DNA of 64,000 nt from Saccostrea cucullata (taxonomy: Eukaryota): NCBI RefSeq assembly GCF_032062105.1, contig NW_026933278.1, forward strand, positions 186,001 through 250,000. The letters run 5' to 3'. Below, one piece after another: positions 62,586-64,000 of the stretch. The notes below the pieces were generated by a model, which did not search any database, was not told where the DNA came from, and saw nothing but the letters and a program-made list of their open reading frames with translations. How positions within the stretch are numbered: position 1 is the first letter of the stretch; each line of letters opens with the position of its first letter. The position numbers were made by a program, and so were the translations under genes.

Positions 62586-64000
62586 TATTGATTGATTGTA
62601 TACTGTTTAACGTCCCTCTCGAGAATATTTCACTGATACGGAGACGTCACCATTGCCGGTGAAGGGCTGCAAAGGATGATGTGACATAACTGCTATCTGG
62701 GGCCCCTTTTTCCACGACGAATTATATTTAATCTACAACAATGTTTGTAGTTTTTAAACATGAGTGAATAAATACGACGCCTTTTGAATAGTTTCAATAG
62801 TTCCGACACATTTTAATTATAAGGAATACTGCATTATCTTTGAATTTTTTAGACCCCATCACAGCTAAATTCGGCCAGGTTTGTGAGAATATGTTCATTT
62901 ATGGCAAGAGAATGGGCGGGTCTTAGTACAATAGAAGGATATGCGTGTCCAAGAAGACCTTATATGGCTATTATTATTATTTCGCACATAGTCATTGTCC
63001 AATCCGATGACAGAACAACAAAACATGCTGGTTTACTACGTTTACATTTTATCACAGACACGTGGTTTAAGTAAATTTACCTTTATGGTTTTCTACATTT
63101 CAAACGTTTATAATGGTCAGCCAAGGCTGTTTATACTTAATAATACGCATGGATTTTCAGCATTTACGGTTTTTATGACAAGAAATGCAAATGAAACTTG
63201 TATTCACTGATACTCGAGAATACGTGTAGACCTAGCGAATTGCTCACTAAACACGCAACAAGACTTCAAACTAATGTATATATATCAATTGTTTGTAACT
63301 GTATATAAATTTTACTGTGATCTTGGAAATTGTACATATGTAGATCCATGTCTAATCTTGACTCAAATGCATTAAATTATTATCGGAAAGCATTAAAATT
63401 CCAAGCATGTTTCCATAGTATTTTTGTGGTACTCACTCGTAACGAACTTCATTTAGCTGATTGGTCAGTTAGAAAGTATCCCCAGTTCCTCGATTAGCAT
63501 ATGACTTTATTCTTACGTCAGAAAATCTTGTTCTGTCGATCTGTTCATAATGGAAAAGGCCAGCTAGATTTTACATTTTTTATAAAATAGCTTATGAGCG
63601 CAGTTAGGTACAGTTTTCTCCTTTCACATATAGGTAGATTTCAATAAGATAGTGACCAGCCAAAGGAGAAATTTGTACCTATCTGCGCTCGTATATTTTA
63701 AGGGCTTCAAAGAGTGGGGCGGGGTCAAAATTCAATGGAAATTGGATGTAAATATGATACCCCTTCCCAAATAAAAGATCTATATCTTTTATATCATGTG
63801 TCTATTTTTGTTAAAAATGGTATTTCATATAGGTATACATATCAGTGATTAGTTACATACCAAAATTTGAGTAAAATTCGGAAATTTAATTTTTTGTCAA
63901 TTTACCGGGGGCCGCAAGTCACCTCATCCTTTGGCCTATGCTCGGCACTGAGGCCTTTGAGCACTGATGGATCTTTATCGTGCCACACCTCCTGTGAAAC
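62586..64000 (-). mobile_element. tRNA-SINE split by a DNA-transposon insertion; runs off the window end
   Basis: attgattgattgtatactgtttaacgtccctctcgag...gaagggctgcaaa (to 62673) resumes as tttggcctatgctcggcactgaggcctttgagca (from 63930). Confidence 0.85.
62674..63929. mobile_element. Non-autonomous Spy-like element (AAA|TTT target, no TSD)
   Basis: TIR ggatgatgtgac / (rc) ggatgaggtgac; flanks AAA (62671-62673) and TTT (63930-63932). Confidence 0.65.

Overview
AT-rich eukaryotic DNA with spliceosomal introns, most likely from an oyster (Ostreidae). That assignment is inferred from recognisable ~166-bp satellite-bearing Helitron/Helentron (HINE) elements and a mollusc-type tRNA-SINE. The window holds one host gene (+ strand, ~3.3-14.8 kb), a MEGF10/Draper/SCARF-like multi-EGF type-I membrane receptor. 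Reading splice sites by hand, I could assemble a ~1.9-kb EGF exon (one frameshift), a TM exon, three micro-exons and a last exon with two tandem canonical ITAMs (YxxL-x8-YxxL); the TM and tail exons are absent from the ORF track. A 6-kb TTAA-flanked Kolobok-type transposon sits in one of its introns, and its intron-rich, now disrupted transposase is fused in frame to a DEDDh exonuclease. The rest is nested mobile DNA. It includes an apparently intact ISL2EU (PIF/Harbinger-group) element with perfect 74-bp TIRs, encoding a THAP-DDE transposase and a SWIM-YqaJ-PHD protein, inside a TA-flanked MITE inside a satellite-carrying HINE. There are also further HINEs with 156-, ~166- and 430-bp arrays, several MITEs, a TSD-less AAA|TTT (Spy-like) insertion splitting a SINE, relics of Gypsy, DIRS/Ngaro, Crypton, Tc1 and Kolobok elements, and two tandem duplications (1.5 kb, older; 3.76 kb, near-identical). 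Family assignments come from motif recognition only; no searches were run.
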